64,000 bases of DNA from Candidatus Norongarragalinales archaeon (GTDB lineage: Archaea > Micrarchaeota > Micrarchaeia > Norongarragalinales > Norongarragalinaceae), in assembly GCA_038884755.1 (NCBI GenBank), contig JAWABJ010000001.1:448001-512000 (forward strand). Direction: 5' to 3'. Under the pieces are notes generated by a model. The model was not told where the DNA came from. It did not search any database and saw only the letters and a list, made by a program, of their open reading frames with translations. The first letter of the stretch is position 1. Each line of letters starts with the position of its first letter. Position numbers and translations under genes: made by a program. Below are positions 10,447 through 20,285 of the stretch, piece by piece.

Positions 10447-11430
10447 TCAAATGCGTTCGGTCTTGCCGCTGCGCATTGCCTCGAAAGCTTTCTCTATCAC
10501 GCGCACTGCGTCTGCGCCTACCGCGCCGCTTGCGAGCGGCTCGGCCCGCGTTTTTATGCATTGCAAAAAGTTTTTCAGCTCTTCTTTCAGCGGCTCTTTC
10601 TTTTCGAAGGAAACGGCAGAAACACTTCCCGTTTCAGCGTTTAAAACGCCGTTTTCCTCGTAAAACCGCGAGTTGAAAACCTGCACGGAAGAAAGCTCGA
10701 GGAAATCTATCCTCACGGTTTTTTCCGTTCCAACCGCGATAAACTCGCGGGTTTTTCCGTACGCAGGCTGCAGCCAGCTTTCTTGCGCAAAGCACTTTAT
10801 CCCGCTAGGGAATTCCAAAGCAAGAGTGCAATGGTCTTCAATGCCTTTCCTGAAGAATTCCGTTGCTTTTACTGTTATTTTCGAAGGCTTTTCGCCGGAA
10901 AGGAAGGAAAACAAGTCCACGTCGTGTATTGCCAACGCAAGCAGCACGCCCATGTCCTGCCTCGGTGCGCGGAAATCAAAGCGATTGGCTTGCATCATTA
11001 CTACCTTTCCCAATTCCTTGTTCTCGAGCATTTTTTTCAAGTGCAGTATGCCTGGGTGAAACCGAAATTCGTGTCCCACCATCAAAACGCGCTTTTGTTC
11101 CTTCGCTTGCTTCACTAACGCAGAGCTTTCTTCGAACGTCATTGCAAGGGGCTTTTCGACAAGCACGTCTTTCCCGGCGTCCATCAGCTCGCGCGCAAGG
11201 GCGTAATGCGTGGAGGAAGGCGTTGCTATGACCGCCCCATCGAAATCGCCGCTTTTGACTTCCTCCAAGCTTGCAGTGGCGCATCCGAATTCCGCCGCAA
11301 CTGCTTCCGCGCGTTCCCTGGAAGAGTCGCAGACCGCAACCGCGTCCACCAGCCCTTCTTTTTTCAGCACGCCCAGCGTTTTCGCGTGGTTTTTTCCCCA
11401 AGCGCCCACGCCAACTACCGCAATTTTCAT
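10447..11430 (-). CDS. Gfo/Idh/MocA oxidoreductase (nucleotide-sugar dehydrogenase)
   Basis: VGVGAWG, LVEKP, GHEFRF, LAIHDVD. Confidence 0.9.
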   Translation of the reverse strand: MKIAVVGVGAWGKNHAKTLGVLKKEGLVDAVAVCDSSRERAEAVAAEFGCATASLEEVKSGDFDGAVIATPSSTHYALARELMDAGKDVLVEKPLAMTFEESSALVKQAKEQKRVLMVGHEFRFHPGILHLKKMLENKELGKVVMMQANRFDFRAPRQDMGVLLALAIHDVDLFSFLSGEKPSKITVKATEFFRKGIEDHCTLALEFPSGIKCFAQESWLQPAYGKTREFIAVGTEKTVRIDFLELSSVQVFNSRFYEENGVLNAETGSVSAVSFEKKEPLKEELKNFLQCIKTRAEPLASGAVGADAVRVIEKAFEAMRSGKTERI

Positions 11431-11454
11431 TTCAAAACACCCTTTTTTTCTTTT

Positions 11455-12543
11455 TCAAGCGAGCGCGTTTATTTTTTCGCTCACGAAACGGACTTCGTCT
11501 TCAGTGAGAAGCGGGGACATGGGGATGGAAAGGATTTCCTTCGCAATTTTTTCAGTCACCGGCAGGCTTTCCGAGTAAAATTCCTTCATCGCGGGCTGCA
11601 GGTGGATGGGAATCGGATAATGCACGCCTGTGTCTATCCCTTGAGACTTCAAGTCTCTCGCAAGCTTCTCGCGGTTTTTAACTCGAATTACGAACATGTG
11701 GAAAACGTGCTTCGAGTCTTGCGATTCGAAGGGAAGTGTCGCCTTGCCCGGGTTGATGAGCTGCTTGTAGAGGGCGGCGTGCTTCCGCCTCTTTTGCGTC
11801 CATTCCGGCAAGTGTTTCAATTGCACGCGCCCCAAAGCAGCGTGCAATTCGCTGAGCCTGAAGTTCATTCCCACCATTTCGTGCGTGTACTTGTCTTTCC
11901 TGCCTTGGTCGCGGAACATCGCCATTTTTTCCGCAAGCTCTGCGTCGTTGGTCGTAATCATTCCCCCGTCTCCGCATACAGTCATGTTTTTGCTGGGAAA
12001 AAAGCTGAAGCAAGCTATTCGCCCCAAGCTTCCCACGCGCTTTCCTTTGTATTCCGAATCGTGCGCCTGGCACGCGTCTTCTATCACGGCAATCCCGCGC
12101 TTTTCAGCTATTTCCGTTATCTCGTCCATGTCTGCAGGCTGGCCGTACAAGTGCACGGGGACTATCGCCTTGGTTTTTTTCGTGATTTTCTTTTCAATCG
12201 CTTTCGCGTCGATGTTGAAAGTTTTTTCGTCGATTTCTACGAAAACGGGCTTTGCACCCAGCAAAACCGCGGGGTTTACAGTCGCGATGAAAGAGTGTGA
12301 AGGCGCGATTATTTCGTCTCCCTGCCCAACCCCCAGCGCCCAGAAAGCGGTGTAGAGGGCGGTCGTTCCCGAACTCACGCCAACGCCGTGCTTCGCGCCG
12401 CAAAACGCGGCAAAATCCTTTTCCAGCGCGTCCAAATTCCCGCCTTTGATGAACTTGTGGCTGTTCAACACGTCTATCGCAATCTTCCGCATTTCTTCGT
12501 CGACGAACATCCTACTCAACGGAATACCCATTTTCAAATCCAC
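11455..12543 (-). CDS. DegT-family sugar aminotransferase
   Basis: SSGTTAL, PVHLYGQ, IEDACQAH, SFFPSKN..GDGG, GMNFRL. Confidence 0.92.
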   Translation of the reverse strand: MDLKMGIPLSRMFVDEEMRKIAIDVLNSHKFIKGGNLDALEKDFAAFCGAKHGVGVSSGTTALYTAFWALGVGQGDEIIAPSHSFIATVNPAVLLGAKPVFVEIDEKTFNIDAKAIEKKITKKTKAIVPVHLYGQPADMDEITEIAEKRGIAVIEDACQAHDSEYKGKRVGSLGRIACFSFFPSKNMTVCGDGGMITTNDAELAEKMAMFRDQGRKDKYTHEMVGMNFRLSELHAALGRVQLKHLPEWTQKRRKHAALYKQLINPGKATLPFESQDSKHVFHMFVIRVKNREKLARDLKSQGIDTGVHYPIPIHLQPAMKEFYSESLPVTEKIAKEILSIPMSPLLTEDEVRFVSEKINALA

Positions 12544-12544
12544 C

Positions 12545-13120
12545 TCAAAGTTTTTTGATAAAGCCGTACAAAGGCTTGTTGTATCTTCTTCCTGAATAAC
12601 CCAATTCGCCCAAGTTCAGATATCCAGTTTTCAAGAGTATCCTCTGCGCGTCGCCTTCCTCGTCGGGCGCGCGCGCCGCCTCGAACTTGAAGGAATACCC
12701 GAGTTTTTTCGCGTCACGCTCGTGGGCCGCGTAAAGCTCTCGCCCTATGCCCTTTCCCCTGTATTCTTCCAAAACGAACGAATTGCCGCTGTCCGCAATC
12801 TCGCGCGCAAGCTCTTTGTCGCTCTTTCCCTTCAATTCTTCAACCCAGCGCCTGGCCGCGTCCATCCTTTTCTTGAACCGTTCGTCAATCTTTTCTTTAG
12901 GCATCTTGTCCACGCGCCTTGAAACGTAGAACGCGACGGGCTTTTCCTCTCCGGCATCTGTTTCCTTGCAGTAAGCGAGGGTGGCGAAAGCTTCGTGCGA
13001 AGCAATTTCGCCTTCAAACTCGCTTATCCTCTCGTCGTCGAACCCCGCGGCTTTAGCCAGCGTTTCGAAATCACTCTTGGCTTTTTCGTCGGAAGCTTCA
13101 AGCAAAACGGTCCTAATCAC
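12545..13120 (-). CDS. GNAT-family N-acetyltransferase
   Basis: FVLEEYRGKGIGRELY acetyl-CoA motif. Start placed at GTG 13120 after a GGTG Shine-Dalgarno; the longer ORF overlaps galU. Confidence 0.65.
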   Translation of the reverse strand: MIRTVLLEASDEKAKSDFETLAKAAGFDDERISEFEGEIASHEAFATLAYCKETDAGEEKPVAFYVSRRVDKMPKEKIDERFKKRMDAARRWVEELKGKSDKELAREIADSGNSFVLEEYRGKGIGRELYAAHERDAKKLGYSFKFEAARAPDEEGDAQRILLKTGYLNLGELGYSGRRYNKPLYGFIKKL

Positions 13121-13143
13121 ACAAAACACCACGCGCGCGGATT

Positions 13144-14019
13144 TTACCGTATTTTCTTCAAAAACTCTCTCAACTGCGGCGCGAGCTCTGGCCTCTCGAG
13201 CGCCAGGAGTATGTTGGACTCCAGCCAGCCGAGCTTGTCTCCGCCGTCGTAACGCACGCCTTCGAAAAGCGTGCCGTAAACGCTTTGCTTTTGCAAAAGC
13301 GCTTGAATGCCGTCCGCAAGCTGTATTTCCCCGTTTTTTCCGGGCGGGCATTCTTCGAGAATGCTCATGAGTTCGGGAGTGAAAACATACCGCCCGAAGG
13401 TCGCGAAGCGCGAAGGTGCTTGCGAAACCGAAGGCTTTTCCACTATCCTCCGGATTTTGTACACGTCTTCGAAAGGAACGGCGTCGATTATCCCGTAGCG
13501 CGAAACGCTTTCTTTTTCTATCTCTTGTACGGAAAGCATGCTCGCGCCGTGGCGCTCGAATTTTTCCATTATTTGCCGCATAACGGGTTTTTTGTGGGAA
13601 GAGAAAACGTCGTCGGCGAGCATTACCGCGAAAGGCTCTCCGTCAACGTGGTCGGCCGCGCACGCAATCGCGTGCCCCAAACCCAGCGGTTCTTTCTGCC
13701 GCACGTAGTAAATGTTGGCGTTCGACGTAAGCTCGTCAAGCTCGTCCAAAAGCTTTTTCTCGCCCTCGCGGATGGACTTGCTTTTCACGTAGTGCTCGAG
13801 CTCGAAAGACTTGTCGAAATGGTCTTCAATCGCCCTCTTCGCCCTTCCCGTCACTATAATGATGTCCTTCAGGCCGGATGCGACGGCTTCTTCGACGACG
13901 TACTGGATTACGGGCTTGTCCAAAAACGGGAGCATTTCCTTGGGCTGGGCTTTGGTGAGGGGCAAGAACCTAGTGCCGAGTCCTGCAGCAGGCAAAACTG
14001 CTTTCTTCACTTTATCCAT
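13144..14019 (-). CDS. galU: UTP--glucose-1-phosphate uridylyltransferase
   Basis: KAVLPAAGLGTRFLPLTKAQPKEMLP, RQKEPLGLGHA, VEKP, EIQLADG. Confidence 0.93.
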   Translation of the reverse strand: MDKVKKAVLPAAGLGTRFLPLTKAQPKEMLPFLDKPVIQYVVEEAVASGLKDIIIVTGRAKRAIEDHFDKSFELEHYVKSKSIREGEKKLLDELDELTSNANIYYVRQKEPLGLGHAIACAADHVDGEPFAVMLADDVFSSHKKPVMRQIMEKFERHGASMLSVQEIEKESVSRYGIIDAVPFEDVYKIRRIVEKPSVSQAPSRFATFGRYVFTPELMSILEECPPGKNGEIQLADGIQALLQKQSVYGTLFEGVRYDGGDKLGWLESNILLALERPELAPQLREFLKKIR

Positions 14020-14033
14020 CGCAAACACCTTTT

Positions 14034-15329
14034 TTACCAGCAAATTCCTTCGTAATTTTTCGAGGATTTTTCTTCGAAAATCCTGCGTCCGGCGTACACG
14101 CGCTTGTTGCCGTACAACGCTTTTTTCTTGAACTCGTCCCAGGCGGTAAGCACGAAAACGAAATCGCTTTTTTCCACGGCTTCCCTCGCGTTTTCGGCGT
14201 ACTCTATACTGCTCCCGAAAATTTTTTTCGCGTTTTCCATTGCCTTGGGGTCGAAAGCGATGACGCGGGCGCCTTCATTCAGCAACGCGTTGACGGCGGG
14301 AACCGCCCTGCTTTCGCGCATGTCGTCCGTATTCTGCTTGAAAGCCAAGCCCAGCACGCCGACTTTCTTTCCTTTCAGCCCACCTTCCTTTTCCTTCGCC
14401 ATTTCCACCAGCAGCAGCGGCTGCCTTTCGTTCACTTCGAGCGTTTTTTCCAAGAGCGCGGGGCTTACGTTTTCCTCCTTGAACTTCGCCACGAGCGCCT
14501 TCACGTCTTTCGGGAAGCAGCTTCCGCCGAAGCCCACGCCCGACTCGAGAAATTTCCCGCCGATTCTCGAGTCAAGCCCCATTCCCGCGGCAACTTCGTA
14601 AGAGTCTATGCCCAGTTTTTTGCACAAGTTGCCAAGCTCGTTCACGAACGAGATTTTCGTGGCGAGAAACGCGTTGGAAGCGTATTTTATCATTTCGGCA
14701 GTCTTCAAGTCGGTCTTGATCTTGGGGCATTCGGCAAAAGCGAAGGCGTTCGACAAGGTTGAATAATCCTCGTCGCTTTCCACGCCGAAAACCAGTCGGT
14801 CGGGGTGGAAAAAGTCTTCAACCCCAAGCCCTTCCCTCAAAAACTCGGGGCTCATGGCAATCCCGAAATCCTCACCTGCCTTAAGCCCGGTTTCCTTTTC
14901 CAGGAAATCCTTTACTTTTTCAGTGCTTCCGGGCACAACCGTGCTTTTCACTGTTATCAAAACGCGTTTTTCTTTTCTTTCCTTCAGCCCTTGGGCCAGC
15001 AGTTTCGAAGCGGAAAAAACTTGAGTCAAATCCACGGACCCGTCCAGAGCGCTGGGCGTGCCTACGCACACGAAAACAACGTCGAAATCGCGCAGCTTGG
15101 CAGGCGTTAGAGAAACGCTTTCGGCGAAAAAAGTTTTCCCGACTGTTTTCGAAAGCAAAGGCTCCAGACCCTTCTCGAAAATTGGAGTTTTGCCTTGGTT
15201 TATGAGCGAGATTTTCCTTTCGTCGTTGTCCCAACACGTTACTTTAAACCCTTTTGAAGCGAGACATACGCCAGTAATCAAACCAACGTACCCTGCGCCT
15301 ATCACTCCGATGTTTAGTCCAGTTTTCAT
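14034..15329 (-). CDS. ugd: UDP-glucose/GDP-mannose 6-dehydrogenase family
   Basis: GAGYVG, KSTVVPG, PEFLREG, KYASNAFLA, GFGGSCFPKD, AFKQNTDD.RES. Confidence 0.9.
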   Translation of the reverse strand: MKTGLNIGVIGAGYVGLITGVCLASKGFKVTCWDNDERKISLINQGKTPIFEKGLEPLLSKTVGKTFFAESVSLTPAKLRDFDVVFVCVGTPSALDGSVDLTQVFSASKLLAQGLKERKEKRVLITVKSTVVPGSTEKVKDFLEKETGLKAGEDFGIAMSPEFLREGLGVEDFFHPDRLVFGVESDEDYSTLSNAFAFAECPKIKTDLKTAEMIKYASNAFLATKISFVNELGNLCKKLGIDSYEVAAGMGLDSRIGGKFLESGVGFGGSCFPKDVKALVAKFKEENVSPALLEKTLEVNERQPLLLVEMAKEKEGGLKGKKVGVLGLAFKQNTDDMRESRAVPAVNALLNEGARVIAFDPKAMENAKKIFGSSIEYAENAREAVEKSDFVFVLTAWDEFKKKALYGNKRVYAGRRIFEEKSSKNYEGICW

Positions 15330-16213
15330 TTCAAACCGCCCGTAAATTCTGCAACCGCAGAGTTGGTCGCAATCCACGCGTCTTTCCCCTTGAGAAATTC
15401 CAAACTCCGCGCAAAATCCTTGTTTCCTACGACGTCTCTCGGGTCGAAGTAGTAGTTAGCGTGAATGCCTTTCCTGAAAGCAATGTTGAAGCTTTGTTCG
15501 AACAAGTTGAAAAACTCGCCTTTTTCCACGTGGGCTGGAGGAACGGTGCGGAAGCAGTGGAACGAATCGAAAACAGAGTAAAAGTGCTTTGGGCAAGTCA
15601 TCACAGGTAGTTCGATTATTTTGAAAGCGCTTTCGCCGTAAGCGGGCTTCAGGAAATTCTTTCTCGAAGGGCTGAAGGGCAGGCCTTTGTTCTTGGTTTT
15701 CGTGAGCACAGTCGAGGAAGAGTAGAGGTAGCCGCGCTTTTCCAGGATTTCGTAAGCCCCTCGCACGTTCAAATCGCCGAAGTGCGGAGCGCGGAAGCCC
15801 ACCGGCGCAACGCCCAAAAACTTTCTGCTGGTTTTTTCGAACTCCGCGATTTCAAACTCCTGCTTTTGCGCGGGAAGGGCGTTGAAAAACTCGCGGGGAT
15901 TCAAAACGTCATGGTTGGGGTGCGAGTAAGTGTGGTTGACTATCTCGTGCTCTTCGTCCGCCAGCAGCGCGTGCTCTCGCGGGAACTGCTCGACGAGCTT
16001 GCCTATGCAAGCGAAAGAGCCTTTGATTGAAAACGAGTCAAGCAGCTCTGCAGTTTCGCGCAACGCCTTCGCGTCTTTCGCATACTCGACGTCGAAGGTT
16101 ATGGAAACCGCGCATTTGCGGCCGGCCCAAGAAACGCCGCGGCTGCCCAAGAAAAATTTTTCGTACAACAGCGGGCTCGCCATTTCAACAGCCTTGCGAA
16201 AAAACCTTTTCAT
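15326..16213 (-). CDS. Polysaccharide deacetylase (NodB/CE4)
   Basis: ITFDVE, HEIVNHTYSH, GFRAP. Confidence 0.82.
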   Translation of the reverse strand: MKRFFRKAVEMASPLLYEKFFLGSRGVSWAGRKCAVSITFDVEYAKDAKALRETAELLDSFSIKGSFACIGKLVEQFPREHALLADEEHEIVNHTYSHPNHDVLNPREFFNALPAQKQEFEIAEFEKTSRKFLGVAPVGFRAPHFGDLNVRGAYEILEKRGYLYSSSTVLTKTKNKGLPFSPSRKNFLKPAYGESAFKIIELPVMTCPKHFYSVFDSFHCFRTVPPAHVEKGEFFNLFEQSFNIAFRKGIHANYYFDPRDVVGNKDFARSLEFLKGKDAWIATNSAVAEFTGGLK

Positions 16214-17322
16214 CTTGCGACACTCTCCAGGGTTTTTAGGAAACGTGTTGAAAGCTTGTTCCAATCGTAATTTTTTGCTTTCGCGAACCCGCAAGCGCCT
16301 AGCTTGGACGAAAGGCGTCCGTCGCACAACAGCTTTTCAACAGCATTAGCGTATTCACTTGCGCTGGAAGCGTAAAGCACGCAGTTGCCTGCAATCGTTT
16401 CCACTTCGGCAATGCGAGAAGACACTACGGGCTTGCGCAAAGCCCAATATTCGAATAGCTTTATCGGGCATACAGCGTCGGTAAGCTCGTTCTTGTAGAA
16501 GGGAATGATGCATGCGTTCATGGAAGCCATCCACTGGAAAGACTGCGGTTGGGGAACGAACTGGTGGGAAACGAAAACATTCTTCATTTTTTTAGAAGCA
16601 TCCTCCAGTTTTTTCCTCTGCAGTCCGTCTCCGATGAAATAGAAATGCACGCCCTTCATTTCTTTCGCCGCGCCCAACACCGAGTCGAAGTCCACCCATT
16701 TTCCGAACCCGCCCACGAAACCCACCGCGGGAGTTTTCACTTTCCCGCGCTTGAGGGGGACGGGTTTTTCACCCGAGATTTTTTTCACGTCAGCACCGTT
16801 CGGGATTAGCACAACGTTCTTGTTGTGCCTTCCCGCGTCTTCAAACAATTCGAATGCAGTAGAGACGATCAAATCGCTGGTTTTCATCGCGTCGAGCACC
16901 GACAGTCTCGAAGCAATCCGCTCGAGAGGGTTGGAGCGGAAGGCGTGAATCAAATCGATGTAGTCGAAAACCAGCGGCACTCCATGTTTTTTCAGTTCGC
17001 GACGCGCTAGCTTGCAGCCCCACGGAGAATAGAAAACCGCAACGTCTGCCCAGTCCGCGTAGCGCGACGCGTGCTTCAAAAAGTGCTTTTCCCTGTTCAC
17101 CAGTTCGGAGGCGGGGTTTTTCGCTGCTGCTATTCCGCCCACGACCGAAACGTTTTTCGGAATTCGCCTGTCGAGGTTTTCGGTCTTGTAAACCTTTTGC
17201 TCCGGTCCGTCTATCCAAACCACGTTTGCTTTACCGCGAGTCAGGCTTTTGAACCTGACAGCCGAACCGTCGAGGCTAGAGTATTTCCCTGCGGCGAAAA
17301 CCAAAACGTTCATTTTTCCCAC
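16210..17322 (-). CDS. Glycosyltransferase, GT-B
   Basis: IPNGAD, PIKLFEYWALRKPVVS. Confidence 0.85.
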   Translation of the reverse strand: MGKMNVLVFAAGKYSSLDGSAVRFKSLTRGKANVVWIDGPEQKVYKTENLDRRIPKNVSVVGGIAAAKNPASELVNREKHFLKHASRYADWADVAVFYSPWGCKLARRELKKHGVPLVFDYIDLIHAFRSNPLERIASRLSVLDAMKTSDLIVSTAFELFEDAGRHNKNVVLIPNGADVKKISGEKPVPLKRGKVKTPAVGFVGGFGKWVDFDSVLGAAKEMKGVHFYFIGDGLQRKKLEDASKKMKNVFVSHQFVPQPQSFQWMASMNACIIPFYKNELTDAVCPIKLFEYWALRKPVVSSRIAEVETIAGNCVLYASSASEYANAVEKLLCDGRLSSKLGACGFAKAKNYDWNKLSTRFLKTLESVAR

Positions 17323-17330
17323 TTTCCCGA

Positions 17331-18659
17331 TTACTCCAGGTTTTTGTCCATTCCAACTCGCTTGTACGCTTTTCCTTTGAAGTCGTTGCGGTCGAACAAG
17401 AACGCCGCGTCGACTATCGCGCTCGAGCTTATTTGCGAGGGCTTGATTTTTTTGAACTCTTCGTGCGCGACAAGGAAAAGGACGCAGTCAGCGTTCAACG
17501 CTTCCCGAATCGAAACCGCCGAGTCGTGAACTTTAGCTAGGTTAACCTCGTTCACGTACGGGTCGCATATGCTTACCCGAGCTCCGCGCTTCAAAAGCTC
17601 GGGTATTATTGCCCTCGAGGGAGCTTGCCTCACGTCGTCCACGTTTTCCTTGTAAGCGACGCCCATTACAGCAACCGAGCTTCCGCGCAAGGTTTTCCCT
17701 GCGTCGCCCAGCGCGGTTTCAACTAAATCGACGGTGTGCAAAGGCATGGAGTCGTTGAGCCTGCGCGCGGTCATTATGAGCGTGGGGTAGAATCCGTTTT
17801 CCTGCGAGGCTTTTAGGATGTAGTAAGGGTTGTTTGGAAGGCAGTGTCCGCCTACGCCTGCCGAAGGTTTTGCCTTGTAAAAATTCCATTTGGAAGAACA
17901 CGCTTCGAGGATTTCCTTGACGTCTATTCCGGTCTTCTCGCAAATCAACGCTATTTCGTTTATGTAAGCTATGTTCACGTCGCGCTGCGTGTTTTCAACT
18001 AGCTTTGAAAGCTCGGCGGTATCAGCGTTGGAAACCAAGACTATTCGAGCGTCGACAACGCTTTCGTACAACGCTTTTGCCACGCGTCCGCTTTGCGCGT
18101 CCACTCCGCCCACCACGCGCGGCGTCACCATTACGTTGTGCTCGTTGTCGCCGGGATTCAAGCGTTCGGGACAGTGCGCGAGGAAAAAGTCTTTACCGCA
18201 CGCGAGCCCGCTTTCCTTCTCGAGCAAAGGCTTGACTACGGTTCGGCACGCGCCAGGATAGACCGTACTTTCTATCACTACCAGCGAGTCCTTGCGCAGT
18301 CCTTTCGCCACGCTCGCGCACGCGTTTTTCACGAAAGTCAAGTCCGGCTCGCCCCCTTCCGCAGGAGTGGGAACCGAAATGATTATCACGTCGCTTTCCT
18401 TCGCCGCTTGCGCCGCGTCCAGAGTCGCCTTGAGCCTGCCGGTTGCGAAAACGCGCGGCACGCTCTCGTTCAAAATCGGGTCGTTAATGTGGCTTTTTCC
18501 AGCGTTCGTCAAATCGACGATGCGCGGGCTTACGTCTGCGGCTATGACGCCGAAACCTTTTTCAGCAAAGAGGACTGCGTTAGGCAAGCCCACGTACCCT
18601 ACTCCAACAATGCAGACGACCGCTTTTTTCGACTTTATTTTTTCTTCAAGCAAAACCAT
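17331..18659 (-). CDS. UDP-N-acetyl-hexosamine 6-dehydrogenase (WbpA/WecC-like)
   Basis: GVGYVGLP, ESTVYPG, PERLNPG, KLVENTQRDVNIA, GVGGHC, YKENVDD.R. Confidence 0.9.
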   Translation of the reverse strand: MVLLEEKIKSKKAVVCIVGVGYVGLPNAVLFAEKGFGVIAADVSPRIVDLTNAGKSHINDPILNESVPRVFATGRLKATLDAAQAAKESDVIIISVPTPAEGGEPDLTFVKNACASVAKGLRKDSLVVIESTVYPGACRTVVKPLLEKESGLACGKDFFLAHCPERLNPGDNEHNVMVTPRVVGGVDAQSGRVAKALYESVVDARIVLVSNADTAELSKLVENTQRDVNIAYINEIALICEKTGIDVKEILEACSSKWNFYKAKPSAGVGGHCLPNNPYYILKASQENGFYPTLIMTARRLNDSMPLHTVDLVETALGDAGKTLRGSSVAVMGVAYKENVDDVRQAPSRAIIPELLKRGARVSICDPYVNEVNLAKVHDSAVSIREALNADCVLFLVAHEEFKKIKPSQISSSAIVDAAFLFDRNDFKGKAYKRVGMDKNLE

Positions 18660-18682
18660 GTTTACACCTTTTTCCGCAATGT

Positions 18683-19609
18683 TCATTTCCTGAAAGAATT
18701 CACTGTTTCCTTCAACCCTTCTTCCAGCGAGCGGGATGCGGAAAAGCCGAGAATTTTTTTTGCCTTGGAAACGTCTATCGCGTTTCTCAGAGGGTCGCCG
18801 GGAATGGGTTCGGAATGCACTACAACCGCCGTTTTCCCCGTTATTTTTTCCAACGCACGCGCGATTTCAAGCACGCTCGATTCTTTAGCGTAAGCGATGT
18901 TGAAAATCTCGCCCGCAGCTTTTTTGCTCTTCCAGGCGGCAATCGTTCCCTCGACAGTGTCCTTCACGAAAGTGAACTGTCTTTTTTGCTTTCCGCTTCC
19001 GAAAACTTGCAAGGGCTTTCCTGAAAGCACTGCGCCCACGAATTTAGGAATTACTGCGGCGTAAGGAATGTCGGAACGCTGCCTAGGCCCGTAAACGCTC
19101 ACGTAGCGCAGTGAAACCGTTTCCACCCCGTAAAGCGAATTGTAAACTCGGCAATACTCTTCGCCCGCAAGTTTTCCAACGCCATAAGGGTGCAAAGGAT
19201 GCAGCGCCTGCTCTTCCCTGTTTTTCTCGCTTCCTCCTCCGTAAACGCTGGATGAAGAAGCGAATATCATGCGCTTCACGCCGTTCTTGCGGCACGCTTC
19301 AAGCACGTTCAGAGTGCCGGTGACGTTCACCTCATTCGCTTCAAGCGGGTCTTTGATGCTTCGCATTGCCCGGTTCATGGCAGCCAAATGAAACACCGCA
19401 TCTGCGCCCTCAAAAACTTTTTCAACGAGCGAAAGGTTTCGAACGTCGCCTTTCACGAATTCCGCTCCCGAGGCTCGCAGCACGTCGAGATTCTGCCCGC
19501 CCACGCTCAAGTCGTCCAAAACCCAAACGTCGTTGCCCTGCTTCGCCAAAGCTTCGCTCAAGTGGCTTCCTATGAACCCTGCGCCACCAGTCACTACAAC
19601 TTTCACCAA
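18683..19609 (-). CDS. NAD-dependent epimerase/dehydratase (SDR)
   Basis: VTGGAGFIGSH, ASSSSVYG, YGVGK, VYGPRQ. Confidence 0.9.
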   Translation of the reverse strand: MVKVVVTGGAGFIGSHLSEALAKQGNDVWVLDDLSVGGQNLDVLRASGAEFVKGDVRNLSLVEKVFEGADAVFHLAAMNRAMRSIKDPLEANEVNVTGTLNVLEACRKNGVKRMIFASSSSVYGGGSEKNREEQALHPLHPYGVGKLAGEEYCRVYNSLYGVETVSLRYVSVYGPRQRSDIPYAAVIPKFVGAVLSGKPLQVFGSGKQKRQFTFVKDTVEGTIAAWKSKKAAGEIFNIAYAKESSVLEIARALEKITGKTAVVVHSEPIPGDPLRNAIDVSKAKKILGFSASRSLEEGLKETVNSFRK

Positions 19610-19682
19610 ACCACCCTGCACAACAAAAACAACGCTACGAGGCAAAAAGTGCCAGTAAGCATAACTATACAAAATGTAAAGC

Positions 19683-19714
19683 TTTATATACTTAATGTAA
19701 ATACTACTTTACAT
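19683..19714 (+). promoter_or_regulatory. TATA box plus palindromic operator overlapping the XRE start codon
   Basis: TTTATATA at 19683-19690; ATGTAAA-N6-TTTACAT at 19695-19714; extra half-site ATGTAAA at 19674-19680. Confidence 0.65.
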
Positions 19715-19898
19715 GAAGAATCGCTTGAGAGAGTATCGGGCAAGGCAGAATCTCACGCAGGATGATTTGGCGAAAAAAGTTCACGTAACCCGCCAAACCA
19801 TCATTGCAATAGAGAACGAGAAATACAACCCTTCGCTCGAACTCGCCTTCAAGCTTTCTAAAATCTTCGGATGCAAGATAGAAGATTTGTTCAACTGA
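19713..19898 (+). CDS. XRE-family HTH transcriptional regulator
   Basis: MKNRLREYRA..LTQDDLAKKV.VTRQTIIAIE..KYNPSLELAFK. Confidence 0.92.
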   Translation: MKNRLREYRARQNLTQDDLAKKVHVTRQTIIAIENEKYNPSLELAFKLSKIFGCKIEDLFN

Positions 19899-19913
19899 CG
19901 GGGGGGTGGTGGA

Positions 19914-20285
19914 ATGAGAATGAAAAACGTGGTTTTGAGCTTGGCTTTCACGCTCTTGCTTTACTTTTCCTACGTCAACCGCTATTCCATAGGCAATTTG
20001 GAGTTTCTAGTGGTTTTCTTCGGGCTGTTGACTGCAGGCGGGTTTTTCGCCTACCGCGAGTGGATTTCCAGGGACGAAATAAAGAGCGACGAGCGGACGC
20101 AACTCATGGCAGGCAAGGCAGCGCGCTTCACACTCCTCGCGAGCCTCGTGCTGATAATAATAATACTAGCTTTCCTCGCTTACACCGGCCGGCCGACCAG
20201 CGCAAACGGAGTGCTTGCAGTACTGCTCGGAATCATGAGCTTGGTTTACAGCGTGGCTTATGCGTATCTAGAGTATAAAACGTAA
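19914..20285 (+). CDS. Four-TM membrane protein (DUF2178-like)
   Basis: Hydrophobic helices with DERT..KAA motif; this family is typically paired with the XRE gene. Confidence 0.7.
   Translation: MRMKNVVLSLAFTLLLYFSYVNRYSIGNLEFLVVFFGLLTAGGFFAYREWISRDEIKSDERTQLMAGKAARFTLLASLVLIIIILAFLAYTGRPTSANGVLAVLLGIMSLVYSVAYAYLEYKT

Noticed and set aside
11206..12300. Long antisense ORFs (also 31292-32236, 34985-36091, 56816-57844)
   Set aside because: They mirror well-supported genes on the opposite strand and have no recognisable motifs.
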